A stretch of 60,498 nucleotides of DNA, filler included, from Catajapyx aquilonaris (lineage: Eukaryota), in assembly GCA_000934665.2 (NCBI GenBank). It is 3 parts of 3 records of this genome, joined end to end, with 100 filler letters (N's around TTAATTAATTAA, not from the genome) between each part and the next. Parts side by side here need not be neighbours in the genome. Positions count along the whole stretch, not along the records: positions 20,203 to 40,302 come from JYFJ02006334.1; positions 40,403 to 60,498 come from JYFJ02006335.1; 1 more part is not named here. The stretch is one strand, 5' to 3'. This document shows positions 24,718 through 40,815 of this stretch, piece after piece. The stretch's first letter is position 1. The number at the start of each line of letters is the position of its first letter. Below the pieces are notes generated by a model, which had not been told where the DNA came from, searched no databases, and saw nothing but the letters and a program-made list of their open reading frames with translations. The position numbers were made by a program, and so were the translations under genes.

Positions 24718-25836
24718 CATGTGAAAGACTGATCCGCAAGTGTTCAAGTCATAGCTACGTTCCTACTGCCAATTGGACGTCTCCTTATACCCTACAGCAA
24801 AATATATTTTGTGTGATATTTATTTTAATCTAATTTTTCATAGTAGTTGCTTAGTACATGAAGTGCAGCCGGCTTAACGGATGTATTTTAACCAGCCAAT
24901 TTCTGCAACAGTATTAGCTCATGATGGAGCCGAATTTTATTTTACAGTGCAGTATATAAATTTTTTGGTAATATTTGGAACAGGTTGTACTCGTAATATC
25001 AATACATGACATATTTGTGATCTTATTTTTTTGCCAAACTTTTTTTTCCCCCCTGTAATTTGAATCGCCCACTCCAGCCCTTCAACCATGTACAGTACTG
25101 TGCCGATAGGGGGAATGAGCCACTATGTAAAGGTCGGACCTTTTAAGGCTCCACACCCCAAGCAGGAGACAGCACGTGGTATGTTCGGATAACCTGATTC
25201 GCAACCTCTGGAATGTTGTCCCAAGAAAACGTTCTCCGTTGGGAGCAGATTTTTTTTCGAAATTTATGAAAATGAGGCCTCCCCCTTTTTTTTGGATAAT
25301 TTTCTTTTGGTTAGTCGACCACTTCCACTAACCGAAGGAAATTTATCAACAAAAAAAACAACAAAAAAACAAAAAAAATACCTCATTTTCAGCCAATTTC
25401 CCCCCCGTGCGCAATGTGACTGAAATTTCAGATCGCACATGATTTTTTAAAACAATTGTAAACTCAATAAAGGATACTGAGACATATTTTGTTAATTTTT
25501 TTTTTCCTAAAATTTTTGAATTGCCTGCCAGCCCACGCGCCGGCTGATGACGTCACAATCAGGCCCGCCTCCTAGTGGCCTCCTCCCGAACTTTCTTGTG
25601 TCTCCCTCTGCATTTTTTTTTTCATTACCATTTTTCCCTCTACTTGAGTTACTTTGGTTGGGCGACCATCCGAAGCCGCCACCGTCACATAGCCACACCA
25701 ACATGTCGGTCCTGGGCTGGAAGGCCCAACACTACCCAGGAAGAAACCACCACAAAGTATGTGGCCATTAAATCAACCACAAGCAGCAGAGTAATTGAAC
25801 TTTTTACATTACGCAGGTACTGGCAGGCGACTGACC

Positions 25837-28783
<2,947 letters not shown>

Positions 28784-30084
28784 GTGGATATGACGGACCA
28801 GCAAAAAAATGGCCAAGTGTAGAAGCGTGGTGGATCTCAGGATTAATTATCCGCACAGTTTACGTTCGTAAATCAAAGACTGAGGTACCCGCGCGACCTG
28901 TGTGGGTTACACGTAGAAAGTGGATCAATTTTCAAGCGTTTTTTAAAAACAAATTTTTCACCAGTGTTCACAAAAAGTGAGGAAAAGTACCAGTAGCACA
29001 AAAATAAAATGCATACATTTTAAAACTATAAACCTTCAGTCTGGCACTGATGCAAAATGATCTATTTTTTGAAAACACTGGACCAAAGGCTAGTTTTTTC
29101 TCCATTCCTTCACCCCTCAAATCAATCTTTCGATTCCCTGCAAAATATCACTGCCTACAAACAAATACAAAGCATTAATAGATTTTTTTTTTTTCCATGT
29201 GTTAGTGTCGAGGCTAGGAATTCCTAAGAACACTGCCAATGCAGAAATTTTTTAATGAAAAAAAAAACCTGTATTGGAAATTTTTTCGACATTTCAGATA
29301 TGTCCCCCTATGTGCATTTATGTAGCACAGTCAAAGTAGATGAGTAGGCAAATGCAACAAAAAAAATAAAGAAGCAATAGTGTATCTAATTTTGACACGA
29401 GGACATTTGCGCAACAATGAAAAAGTTTTAAAATTTTTTTGCAATATTCTGTTTGTACTAGCCATCGAAGAGTAGCGAAAGTAGGTTGTTAGAACGTATA
29501 TGTGGAGAGTGTATATTTTAAAATTCCTGTAAGGAAAAAAACTGGATTATGTCCAAAAGAAGTGGCGTCACTTCAACAGCTGGAATGGACCCAACTTTTA
29601 CGTAATTCTAATGGTGATTACACAGATGACTATGTTTTAAAGTTTCATTCATGTGTTGGCAATAATAAAAAAAATTACTGTAACACAGAACAACTGATGC
29701 TTCTCTTTTATGGTGGGAACACATTGAGTGCAATATTTTAATTTTACAGATGTCGGCTGCATGTGGAAACTCGAGTGAAGTTCATGTTTCAGTTACTATT
29801 GCATTTATATTCAAAATCGGTTTACAATAAATGTGGCCTGAACCATTACTTGCTCAATTACCCTGGGTTGTTGCAAGATGTTATCAGAACACCTTCGACA
29901 TCTAATAAGAAATGCAGTACTTCTGATAATGCAGCAGGGCATTAACATAATTGAGCGCAATCGAGAATACAGATCCGTGGGCGGCTTAGGAAACCAGTCT
30001 TATCTCCACAGTAATGTATAGCCGTACCAGAACTAGGGCATCGAGTCCTGAACTGCTGAACAAATAAACCACAGTGTCTACAGA

Positions 30085-30399
30085 AGTGTTGTCCGATTGA
30101 TTGCACTGGTGTAGCCAGTGTACACTCGTGCAGGAAAAAGCGTCCGATTCACCGGGAGCAGCGTGTCCGATTCGCCAGTGTAACTGCACCAGTGCAAGCG
30201 GGGGGCTGCACTCGCTGCACCAGTGGAGAAGGTGGGGCAGGCGGTGTAAGGCGCGAAGACGGGCTGGCAAGATGGCGGCTTATGTATCATATCATGCTGG
30301 TGTCCGATTCGAGGCCCCAGTGCTGGGTCACACTCGCTGCACTGTGACGTCACCTCCCTACACCGAGTGTAGCCGGTGCAGTGTCAATCGGACAACACT
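30085..30399. mobile_element. PIF/Harbinger-type MITE
   Basis: AGA|AGTGTTGTCCGATTGA ... TCAATCGGACAACACT|AGA (3-bp TSD); internal GTCCGATTC repeats. Confidence 0.75.
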
Positions 30400-30587
30400 A
30401 GAGACTCACGCAGAGACTATAATTTCATATATCTTATTTTCTTTTCCTCGGAATTTCGGTGCCATGCTGGGAGGTCAACAAAACATCGCAAAATACGTAA
30501 TTATATCCAAGAGAAAGAGAGGGGAGCAACAGGCTTCTAAATGCTACTGTCATTGTTGACATTACTGGCCACATTATTTGCCACTGG

Positions 30588-31270
30588 TTGGTTGCCGCTC
30601 CCTTGAACCAAATTACGAGTTACTACCATCAGCTGCGGAATGAAAGCAGAGAGGAAGAACTGGTGACTCTGTTGGCAGAAGAGCTGCTGTGGATTGAGTT
30701 TGACGAGTGTTCCATTGTTGTGTCCAGGGACCACCAACTGGAAGGAGGCTGGGGTTGGTCTGTGCTGAGAGAGGAACAGAGGCGATACAGGCCGTCCACT
30801 GTGGTCGGGATGACCACGGGGCAGTTCCCTTTCTCCTTATCAGGGACTACCCTGGTATGCACAGGCAGGAATACCTGATGGACTTCAGGACCATGCCCCC
30901 TGGCCTCAGGTCAAGGTCGTGGCCTGGGGGAAGCTGCACCTTCCACCTTCCATCCCATTCAAAGAACGCAACCCTTCAAAAACTGAGGAAGGAAGCCCAA
31001 ATGATGAGCAGGGCTGTCGAATGCATAGAGAACGCGCTGATGGCAAAGAGAATGGCTTGTGTGGCAATTGAGATGCGATTCGATATGGAAGAGAAAAGAT
31101 ATGCCGATTCCGATGGAAACATTCTGTTCAGGAAGTCTCACGACTCCGTAATCGGTGTGTATTCGAATGCAATCTTGAGTGGTGGGACAACATTTTTTTC
31201 ACGAGCCAATTGTGAAACAAGTGCTTTAGCATGCGAAGGACAGTTCGTCAAAAAATACATATCAGATTAA
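30588..31270 (+). other. Unassigned overlapping ORFs (possible pseudogene or small gene)
   Basis: ORFs 30588-30878 and 30707-31270 in a patch more GC-rich than the AT-rich DNA downstream; no recognised motif. Confidence 0.25.
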
Positions 31271-34200
31271 TCATACATGAAGTTCGGACACAGCCAGAGA
31301 TATCAAGCTATTGGTCAATTTATCGCTTCGCCACACTGATTATAACTAAAAACATCACTCCTATTCCTGTCGCAATACGTTATCAAGAATCAAGAAATAA
31401 ATATTTTAAGGCATCCTGAAATTACTATTCAGACTGAATAGTTTTCCGACCAGGGAGCATATAATTATTTTCTGTTACTTGACCCGAAGATGTGGTCATG
31501 TGCTTATAATTATAACAATATCAGGATCACTGCTATTCTGATATTTCCTAATATGATATGCTGTAAAAATGTCTAGTAAATAAAATGAACGTTTGACTCA
31601 CAGCCAATTGAAGTCCCGTTCTATCCTATGAATACTGGCCGCACTTTTTGTGGATGAAGCTGCAATGCTTGATGGATGCAGTGGAAACTCACAAACAGTG
31701 GAACCCCTGCTGGTAATTCCCAATTTTTGGCCCACCACCCTGAAATAAAGAAATCAGAAAAATCAGGGAAGGAATACAAAATAATTTGAGATCAACCTGT
31801 AGAAAAATACATTTCCACCCGCATCATAAGTCACATTGTCATGCACTGACATAACAGCTGGAAAATTCCTGAACTAGTGAGGTGCATTCTTGTAAGTATG
31901 GGTTACGCAGACACAATCAATATGAGTAATTGTGTGGAGTTGCCAACCATTCCGTCTATTTACGAGGTGTTCTTTTAAAATATGAATCATCATTTTTGGT
32001 GGTGAATACTGGGGCATTTACACACTTGCATCAAAGCACTTGCACTTTTAACTCAAAATTTCCCTCTCTGATGTGAAATGAATATGCACTGGCTGAAAGC
32101 GCAAGTTTCAACGCTTCAAACAATATTTTCAAATCAAATATTTCTTAAATTATTCCACTGGAAAGAGCGTCCGACGCTTACCTTAACACCAAACATATTT
32201 TTTTGAGGAACAAAACACTAATGACTGCATTCAAAATTAAATGAAATTACTTGCCCAAGCTCCAATTCTGCCACCTTGAAATCGTGGGGTTGGTTAATGT
32301 GAACATAATTACAGGGTTGTCATTTCCCAATAATAATGGTATGCAAATATGACTGAACATTTTCTGGGAAACTCCTGGGTATTTTCAAATCCTAAAATCG
32401 ACGGAAGTGTAATTCTGCATCATTTTTTAAATTTTTAAAGAGGCAGTCACATGCTATGACAGAAACCTTTTTCATTTTAAAATTTCATTAAATAATTATA
32501 CTCACCTCCTTGAAAAGGCTTCACACCACCTCCCTCTGCTTCTCATTTCGCATTCTTAAATTACAGGTATACCGGTACTCCAAATGGACCAAAGATGAAT
32601 TTATTGCGTCAAAGTTAAGGTGCTTCATTAGCAAGATTGTTCTTGCCACACCTCCATTAATATACAAAACTGATCAAGAAGACTAATCGTCTTGATCAGT
32701 TTTGCATATTACATTGTTGAACTTGATGTTGATTCTGATGATCCTGCTGGTGATGAAGGTGCTGCCATTCCTTATTCATGAGTTCTTCTTTTGCTGCTCC
32801 TCCAAAATGGTTATCCAGGCAGTTTTATATAGACAGGAGCTGTGACCTGTGACCTGAATGTGAGGAGATCAGTAAGACGTTCAAATTTACAGCAACTAGG
32901 GGTTTCCCGCATGGTAACAAGAATCGTGACATCAGTATGTCACCAACAAAACTGTCCTGATCATAATTTTGTCACTGGATTTGCAACATTCAGTATTTTG
33001 GTTTAATATACTGCACTGGTAGGAAAGGAAACTTGACTAGCTTTTACGGTGGAGACGGAGTCTGAATCATTTCTCACTTAATATTAGCTGGTGGCACATC
33101 CTCTTCAGCCAGCTGCTGATCACGTCAACCATGCAGGCACTAATGCTCAAATTTGTAGTCCGTGTCCCATGAAGATGTCACCTCAGGGCATCAGAGTTGA
33201 TTTGATGTTGATTGGAGTCAGGCCGATAAAATGTCTGGAAACCAGAGGAGCAGTACAATATTGTGGCCAAGTACAAAGAAGCAGGTTATGCCTAAATAAT
33301 ATATTCCGATAATTTTGCATTTCAGTTCATTGTTTCAAATCGAATCCTTGCATTTGACTGCGCTGATCCAACAGCCAGTGTCCCTGACAAAAAAATCGTT
33401 GTAACAAAAGGGAGCCATCACTGCATAACGGGCTAATGACTGGTAATAAAATACTTGTACTGTTAATTCAGTATTTTATCATAGCAAAGTAGTGACGCTA
33501 CTTTATTTTGCTTCATTTAGTTTATGTTATAAAAATCTCTTTGGTTATGTTTGTCATAATTCATACTGCTAACCACATATTGCACCTTTTATTATTAATT
33601 ATTTCAAATATGTATTTTTTTTTTACAATTATTGCTGGTCAACATCCTAGATTACCTTACCTTACCGCCAGATAGTAACTGTGATGTTACATCACATTCT
33701 ATCACATACTAACTTACCAATGATTATAGCTTCACATTTGAGTACAATACGGCTGAAACTTTGAGCTTTTGAAAAAAAAAATCCACTAGCTTGGTGGGGT
33801 GGTGAACAGGAGCCCTAGCAGGGGGGAGGGTTAAAGAAAGGCTTTAATTAATTTTTTTCCCCCACCATTTACTTATCTTCCTCACACGAGTACACAGCAC
33901 TCACTCTCTGGCAGTGTTCAAGAACAAAGAATGGCCAAACAAACCTTCTTATTTTCATCATGACTCACCAAAGAATCATTGGAACCAATATACAGACAGA
34001 AAAAGATCCACGAACACACACTGTGTTCGAAACAAATTCATGGCAAAAATACCAAATGTGACAGAAATGAACTGAAACAACATTCAAAAATGTGATTACC
34101 TTAATAAATAGATTGGAACACCATAAAAAAAACTGGTCTCATTTGTGACTTACCACCACACATTTGGTGTCTTCACACAGTTTATCAACAGCTGCGACAA

Positions 34201-34336
34201 GTTTCCCTGAAATCCTCCCAAATATTGGTCCTGCAGTTAGTGTCGCATTGCAACATTACTCAAGACATTACCTTCATGACCAGTTCACTGCTTCATCAAA
34301 ATCGTGCAAATTATTGTTTAATGGACACATGTATTA

Positions 34337-34486
34337 AGGCCAAAACACAAAAGATTTTGCGGCAGCAACAAGCGGCAAACGCCTGCCCCGCCAATTGTTA
34401 TTAATTATTGGCAATAATAAATATAAATAAGAAATATGCCGCAACGCGCGCCGTTTGCCGCGCGACATTTTTTTGTGAAATGGCCT
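34337..34486. mobile_element. PIF/Harbinger-type MITE
   Basis: TTA|AGGCCAAAACACAAAA ... TTTTGTGAAATGGCCT|TTA. Confidence 0.65.
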
Positions 34487-34539
34487 TTACAATGTTTAAT
34501 ACTAATAAAAAGATGCAGCATGAATCACTGTAGAGATTC

Positions 34540-37500
34540 TCACCAGTGCGTCTTTTGGTGGCCTAATAAATCCTGGTAAGTGGAATATGACATATTGCAT
34601 ATGAGGCAGGAGAAAGGATTTACATCAGGGTGGGTCCTTTCATGCTCAGTCAATTCGATATCAGTAAGACATAGCTGCTTGCAAAACTTACACGTGAGAG
34701 ATTGAACCTTTCCAGGATGCATCTGTTCATGCCTACTAAGCTCACTCGGAAAGTAAAATGACCTGGGGCATAATTTACAGAAGAAACGCTTCCCCACATT
34801 GTGTTTTTGCATGTGCTTATGATAACTGCTGGTGAAGTTAAATGATTTCTGGCACAGTTCACAAGTGGGATCCCCCTTATCTTCATGTGTCCTCATGTGC
34901 TTATTTAAAAGTGCAACTGACATGAATGACATTCTACAAACTTGGCATACCAAAACATGTGTATTTCTGTGAAGCTTTAGGTCCCCAGCACTAGAAAATG
35001 CCTTGGGACACAAGTCACAAACGAAAGGAAATTCCCCTGTGTGTTCTCTTGTGTGCCTAGTTAAAAGTGTAGCCTTAGCATATGATTTGTCACATAATTT
35101 GCAAGCGTAACGCTTCTTGCCAGTTTGTCCTGTGCTAGTAGTTAATCCGTCTGATGTGGTTAACGATTCCTCACACAACACGCCAGGGTCAGGCCCTGAC
35201 AAGGAATGTTTCCTCTCATGCTTAGCTAGCCGCTTCTTTTTAGAAAATACTTTGCTGCACAATTTACAACTGTATGCCTTGTCCTTATTATGCTTTTTCA
35301 TATGCTTGGCAAGTTTGTCTGGGTGTTCAAACACTTTTAAACACAATTGACACTTCAATGCCCCTTCGCCCACTTCCTTGGAGGAAATATTTTCGCTCTG
35401 AGATAACTCATCTGCAGTAAGTTCCGGGCCATTACCTTCCAATTTGAGAACACGAGTCCCTTTCACTGCCCGTATGGCTTGATTACAACCCACTTTATCT
35501 GACTTCAGGTTCTTGGAATGGATAGATCCTTCACTGGTACGGTCCTGCTTTCTCTCTGGCAACAGTATAACTTCGAACGTTCCTGCTGCCTTTTTCTCAG
35601 GTGGTGGTGGTACTCCTGTAAGAGAAAAAGGATATTGAATCGCATGAACATGGCATGCTTTGTTAGGTCCAGATCCATGTCTTTACTTTGTAATTTCCAG
35701 AGAAATTTGCATAATGTTTTGGCATGCGAGGGCTTGCCAGGGGATTTCAATGGCAAAGCTTTATCACTCCTTTTATTTTCCATCTACACAGCTAAGTTAA
35801 CTGGTCTAGTAATGAGATTTTAAGATGCATGCAGTTGTTCATTAACTGATTTGTAGTGTTGCTTGCTAATATGCCACTATAGATGAATTTTTTTAATGAA
35901 CTCAACCGAGTGCGCACCCGCACTTGTGCTAGTTCATTGTTCCGACAACAACAATGATGCAGAGCAATACCATTTCAGATCAGGCCAGATCCAGAAAAGT
36001 TGTCATGGGGCTTGGTCTCCGATTATTACGGATAAATTACACGAAGTACCGCTGTCGAAATGAGGAAGAATGACACTGGCTATTTTTCAGTGTCATTTTT
36101 TATTTGCCCTGAAAACGCAGGGGTACCAAATCTGCTGTTTCTCGAAGTTCATTTTTTCTCAACTTTGGATGCGTGTACCAATTTTCCCATCAGTTACACA
36201 AAAACAACACAAAAATGTCAGGTGTGCAGACTACGGCAACCGCCACAAGGAGATCATCTTCCAAAAAGCTAATAATGTATTCAGAGCAGTTGGGGATTTA
36301 ACAGGCAAACTTAAAAAACTTGGATTCATTGATGCAGATAGCGATGATCGTCTGTGCTATAAGTGCTTTGCGTATTACGAGAAACTCACAAATGTTTCAA
36401 GTGACCATGTGCAAGTACCCCCTCACCAGACCAGCCTTTCATACCTGAGCTCACCTCGGGGGAATGTGTTGCTCGTGTGAATGAAAGCGTGCAGGAGTTA
36501 TCGGCGACAGATGTGACCCTTTCAGGACACCCAGCAGAATTCATAGTGGCAGGAGGAAGAAGTATTCAAAAAGGAAAATCTAACAAGTTAGAATTGGTTC
36601 CAAGAAGAAAATCCAAGAGTTATGCAATGTGTCAAGCGATTCTAGTCCTAAGGATAGTGATGTGAAGTGCGGAGAGTGCGAATTGTGGCAGGAAAATTCA
36701 GACCTACGTAGGCAGTTGCTCCATTCCAAATTTAGTTTTTGTGTAACTTATGGAAAAATATATTGGTACAAGCGTCCAGAGTTGAGAAAAAAATGAACCT
36801 CGAGAAATAGCAGATTTGGTACCACTGCGGCTATGAAGTTTTTTCAGGGCAAATAAAAAATGACACTGGAAAATAGCCAGTGTCATTCTTCCTCACTTCG
36901 ACAGCGGTACTTCGTGTAATTTATCCGTAATAATCGGAGACCAAGCCCTGACAGCCTCTGCCTGATTTGAAATGGAACCACCCTGCAACTTATTAGTAGC
37001 TGAAGTTGTATACCAGTTGTTTACTAATTTACAATGATGCTGAGACTTGACAATGTTGTACTGGTTATTTGTTATGGTCCATGTTCATTGTCAGCTAATA
37101 TGGACTGCAATACTGATGACGAAGTAGAACCAATATTTTTCTCTGTGGGATTCAAACCAGGTGAAATTTATATGTTTTCAAAAGTGCAGATGTACCGTTA
37201 CTAGTTACGCCTTGGAAATGCAATGTTTGGCCAAATCACTACAAAGTTTTTGTATGTTATCTTTCACTCGGATCACACTTACCACATGCTTCCATGCAGC
37301 CAGGTGTCACTTGACATGCATCTTTCAGGTTCATGCCTACATCAGTAGGTGGGATATCCTCAGGATGTAACAACCAACGTGGCTCATCAGTCACCGGTAT
37401 CTCTCGCTCCTCTCCGCAGACAATAGCGCCGTCTTCTTCTAGAGCGACCTGCACCAGGGATATCCCTATTGGAATACAAATGCAATTAATTGCCTGATAA

Positions 37501-38168
37501 CGTAATTGCTTCTGGGCAGGGGAGGAGGGGGGTACTCGTTGGCCCGAAGAAAGTCATAAATTAGTGGGCTAGATCTATGGAGCAACATTGGCCCAAAAGG
37601 CCACACTTTTCCTCAGGTTTGTAAATGGGTAGCCAAAGATTTGTTAACAGTCACATAGTCATCAGCTGTCAATCGTTCCGCTAATACTCCATGGAGGTCT
37701 CAACACTTACCATCTTTTGTCAAAAGCTCCCTTACTGCCTGATAATCCATAGCTGGCATCCTTATCATATCTTCCTCGTTAATCGTGTCTTCCACTGTCG
37801 CCACTGCTGACGGGAAGATTTGAACGTGCCATCCTCCTTTTTTGGTCGCAGACTGGGTCGAGGGCACAGTCCCTGGAATATTAAGTCATCAGTATGCAAT
37901 GTGAACATGGGTAGCTTCAATGTAATCTGAACCTGCATTTAAAGACCTGAGTGATTCCGTACGGAACGTAACGTTGGATGGATCACAAACAAGCATGCTT
38001 TCCGTTGTTATAAGCATTCTGCCTCATAGCACAAGGCCTTCAGAATTACCGTAGTTTTAATTTTCAGATAATGAACTCAGGCAGTGACACATACTTACCG
38101 GCACAAATAGTGTATCGGGTCTGTGCCTCATCCATCAGGTGATGCGGAATGTTGTTGGACCCCATCAT
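34540..38168 (-). CDS. C2H2 zinc-finger protein (9 intact + 1 degenerate finger; ~526 aa)
   Basis: Last exon 35615-34540 has CxxC..H..H arrays and an HTGEFPFVC linker (strong). Upstream phase-1 exons inferred at 38168-38099, 38022-37933 (weak acceptor), 37872-37711 and 37465-37283; all open and frame-compatible. Confidence 0.8.
35959..36985. mobile_element. Old Tc1/mariner-type palindromic MITE split by a younger insertion
   Basis: Outer arms ..CCATTTCAGATCAGGC..TGTCA (35970-36005) and TGACA..GCCTGATTTGAAATGGAACCACCCTG (36949-36984) are inverted. Confidence 0.45.
36008..36948 (+). mobile_element. Young TIR DNA transposon derivative with ~200-bp TIRs and an N-terminal ORF remnant
   Basis: GGGCTTGGTCTCCGATTATTACGG ... 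CCGTAATAATCGGAGACCAAGCCC with near-identical TIRs (36008-~36205 / ~36735-36948); apparent 2-bp TG duplication; internal frame C..H..RLCYKC (36220-36390). Superfamily uncertain. Confidence 0.8.
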
Positions 38169-39313
38169 ACGCCAGGCAAACTGTCTGCAGTACCTGCCTA
38201 TTACACAGTTAGAAAATTACTCATCAATTCAGACTAATTACATTTAATTGATCCTTAACTTGTTAATGGAACATGGCTTACCTTTCCCCCCACCCTTTTC
38301 TGACTTGTCCTATTGCATGGCTATGTGTTTGACGTGTAAGCTCATTTCGGTCTGGCAGTGTGGTGACTTGTTGGTGACACTTTGTGCAAAGTTTTAAGGC
38401 AAGTCGGACTCACAGTTAATGGAAAGGACGGAAGGAAACAAGAATTTTTGTTGGAAGAACAGAACGTGCCGGGGACAAACAACAACAACAACAACAACAT
38501 GGCGGAATGATACTATCGACAAAACATCGTTGTTTATTCCACCCATTAGCATGTCAAATGTTGTTATATTAGTGTCTAAAAATGTAAGGTAAATGTAACA
38601 AATAATAAGTACTTAAGTAGGAATTATCAGTGAGATATAATAAAATTATTAATATCAAAGTGGCACGATGTATCGATTTTTTTGGCAGCAGAACTCATAT
38701 CGATATTGGCGGGGATTTTAAAATCGAATAAACAAAAGATATGTGTCACAAATTCACAAATTGAAGATGTTGCTTTTAGAGTCACAGAAAATATATTAGA
38801 AACAGATTGGTTTTAACCACGAGGATTGATAAGACTTACCTGGTCGTTAACCAACAAAATTCGGTGGTAACTCAGCTCTGTAGGCTACTGCACTGAAAAA
38901 CGGGGGGGAAAAGTGCTGGAGTGAAAGTCTAAAATAGATTTTGATTATAAAATATGTGTTTAATTGCCTGAACACAATAGATTAGTAATTACATTCATGT
39001 GAAAGCAACACAATATTACAAAATCATGATATATTGCAATTGACATACTATATTACATAAAATATAAAATTCATGGTTTGTACAAATCGCTGGACACAGT
39101 CCTTGTTAAACTTGGATTCCGAATACATAACATCACATGAAATTACAATAATCTTTTTCCTGTAGTCCCAGTAATTAATGACTGGTTGACCAAAACAATT
39201 GACAATCTAATTACAAAGCATTTACACAAAAAAATGCTTTAAAATGTTCACTATACAGTCGTTGCATTGCAGCAAATGGTCCATACACATACAAATATGT
39301 GTGTAATCCACTT

Positions 39314-40302
39314 CTATGATGCAGGATGAGCGATGAAAGGCAGCTTCAGGGCATCTTCTGGCAGCACGCGTTTCTCCTGCGGAAAGTAAAAGACCAATCA
39401 GATCCATGCTCGTTTAGCAACTGACTACTTGCTATACCCGGTTAAGAGTATAGGCCTACTTACAGGGTTCATTTGACAGCAGCTCCAGAGGAATTCAGCA
39501 AAACTGGCATCCTTGATGTCACGAGGGTCGCGGATTGAACATTCCCTCTGCATCGCCCTCGCTTCACGTCCAGTGGTGCTCTTCTCCTGAAAACATACAA
39601 AAAGTCATTTTAATAGTCGATTCCATGCTATAGATAGGCCTATAATGTGCCAGCAGATGATTTTGTAAAGTAATGCATTTACCTTGAGGCTGTACCGCTT
39701 CTTCTGGGTGTCAAAGTCATAGTACTGGTCGGCAAAGAGTGCCCCCTGCAGCATCTCCTCTGGCACTTGACCGAAGAGGTTGACCATCAGGTGCATGGCC
39801 AGCATGTCTTCCAAGGGGTCGGAGGGGGCGAACATGGGGCACTTCAACCCAAAGTACATGGTGGCACACATGGCGCCCAGGGCATACACGTCGCTGGCCA
39901 TCGTCACATCCGAGCCTGTAAAAAAAGAGAGGAAAAATCATCAGTACTGTGCACTCTAATAAACACGAATGACGAATGGGGAGAAAATAAATGGGTACTT
40001 ACCGAGGTATATTTCAGGTGCACGATTAGGGAAGCTCTGAAGCATGTTGTTGCCCCTGTAGGCTGTTGAATGCTCCTTGAGCAGAGCCAGCCCAAAGTCG
40101 GTCAGCTTCACGGTCCAGTCCCTAGGATTTATCAGGATGTTGCTCAGTTTGATGTCCGCGTGGATCACTCCCTTTTCCTGCAGAATATAAAAAAATTGGA
40201 ATTACTGGTCAGAAAATCATCAGAATTCACACCCCTGCACGCCCATTACTCACCTTGAGCCATCCGAGAGCAGTGAGAAGCTGCCTGGCCACGGTGGACA
40301 CC
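39314..40302 (-). CDS. Divergent HIPK/DYRK-like (CMGC) protein kinase, C-lobe only; 5'-partial
   Basis: Exons 40302-40254, 40177-40003, 39915-39683, 39586-39464, 39376-39314, all open: ..RQLLTALGWLK/EKGVIHADIKLSNILI..VKLTDFG..MLQSFPNRAPEIYLG/SDVTMASDVYALG..QMNP/EKRVLPEDALKLPFIAHPAS*. IHAD.K and LQS...RAPEI.LG are HIPK-like. Confidence 0.8.
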
Positions 40303-40402
40303 NNNNNNNNNNNNNNNNNNNNNNNNNNNNNNNNNNNNNNNNNNNNTTAATTAATTAANNNNNNNNNNNNNNNNNNNNNNNNNNNNNNNNNNNNNNNNNN
40401 NN
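40303..40402. other. Artificial contig spacer
   Basis: N44-TTAATTAATTAA-N44, identical to the spacer at 20103-20202. Confidence 0.97.
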
Positions 40403-40815
40403 GTAGTGAATTGACACAAGGCAAAATTATATTACATTTGGCCATTTGCATCAAAACCCATTTCTCTTCCTGTTGTGTGTCCAGAGATCGGTTCCATAAA
40501 TGAGGAATTCAGATCTCCCAAGCGTATAAACAGGACTCTTGGAATGCTCCAATATTTAAGAACTATGAATAATTTATGAGCTGTGCAGCATATTCCATCA
40601 ATCTATACTAGCTCATATCATTCAAAAATATAGTGTGAGATCGTTGTAAGAGCCAAGTACGCTATGTGAAGCATACTTCAGCCAATGCCTCTCCCCCTCC
40701 ATGTGCATGCATATGGGCAATCACCCATCCCTTTCTTCATAAAAGCGCAGATGAAACATCTACATCTGCCTAAAATCACTGGACATAATTCACCAATCAC
40801 ACTGTGGATACTTAC

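Noticed and set aside
32500..33240. Minus-strand exon-like blocks downstream of the zinc-finger gene
   Set aside because: Could not assemble an open spliced frame or recognise a product.
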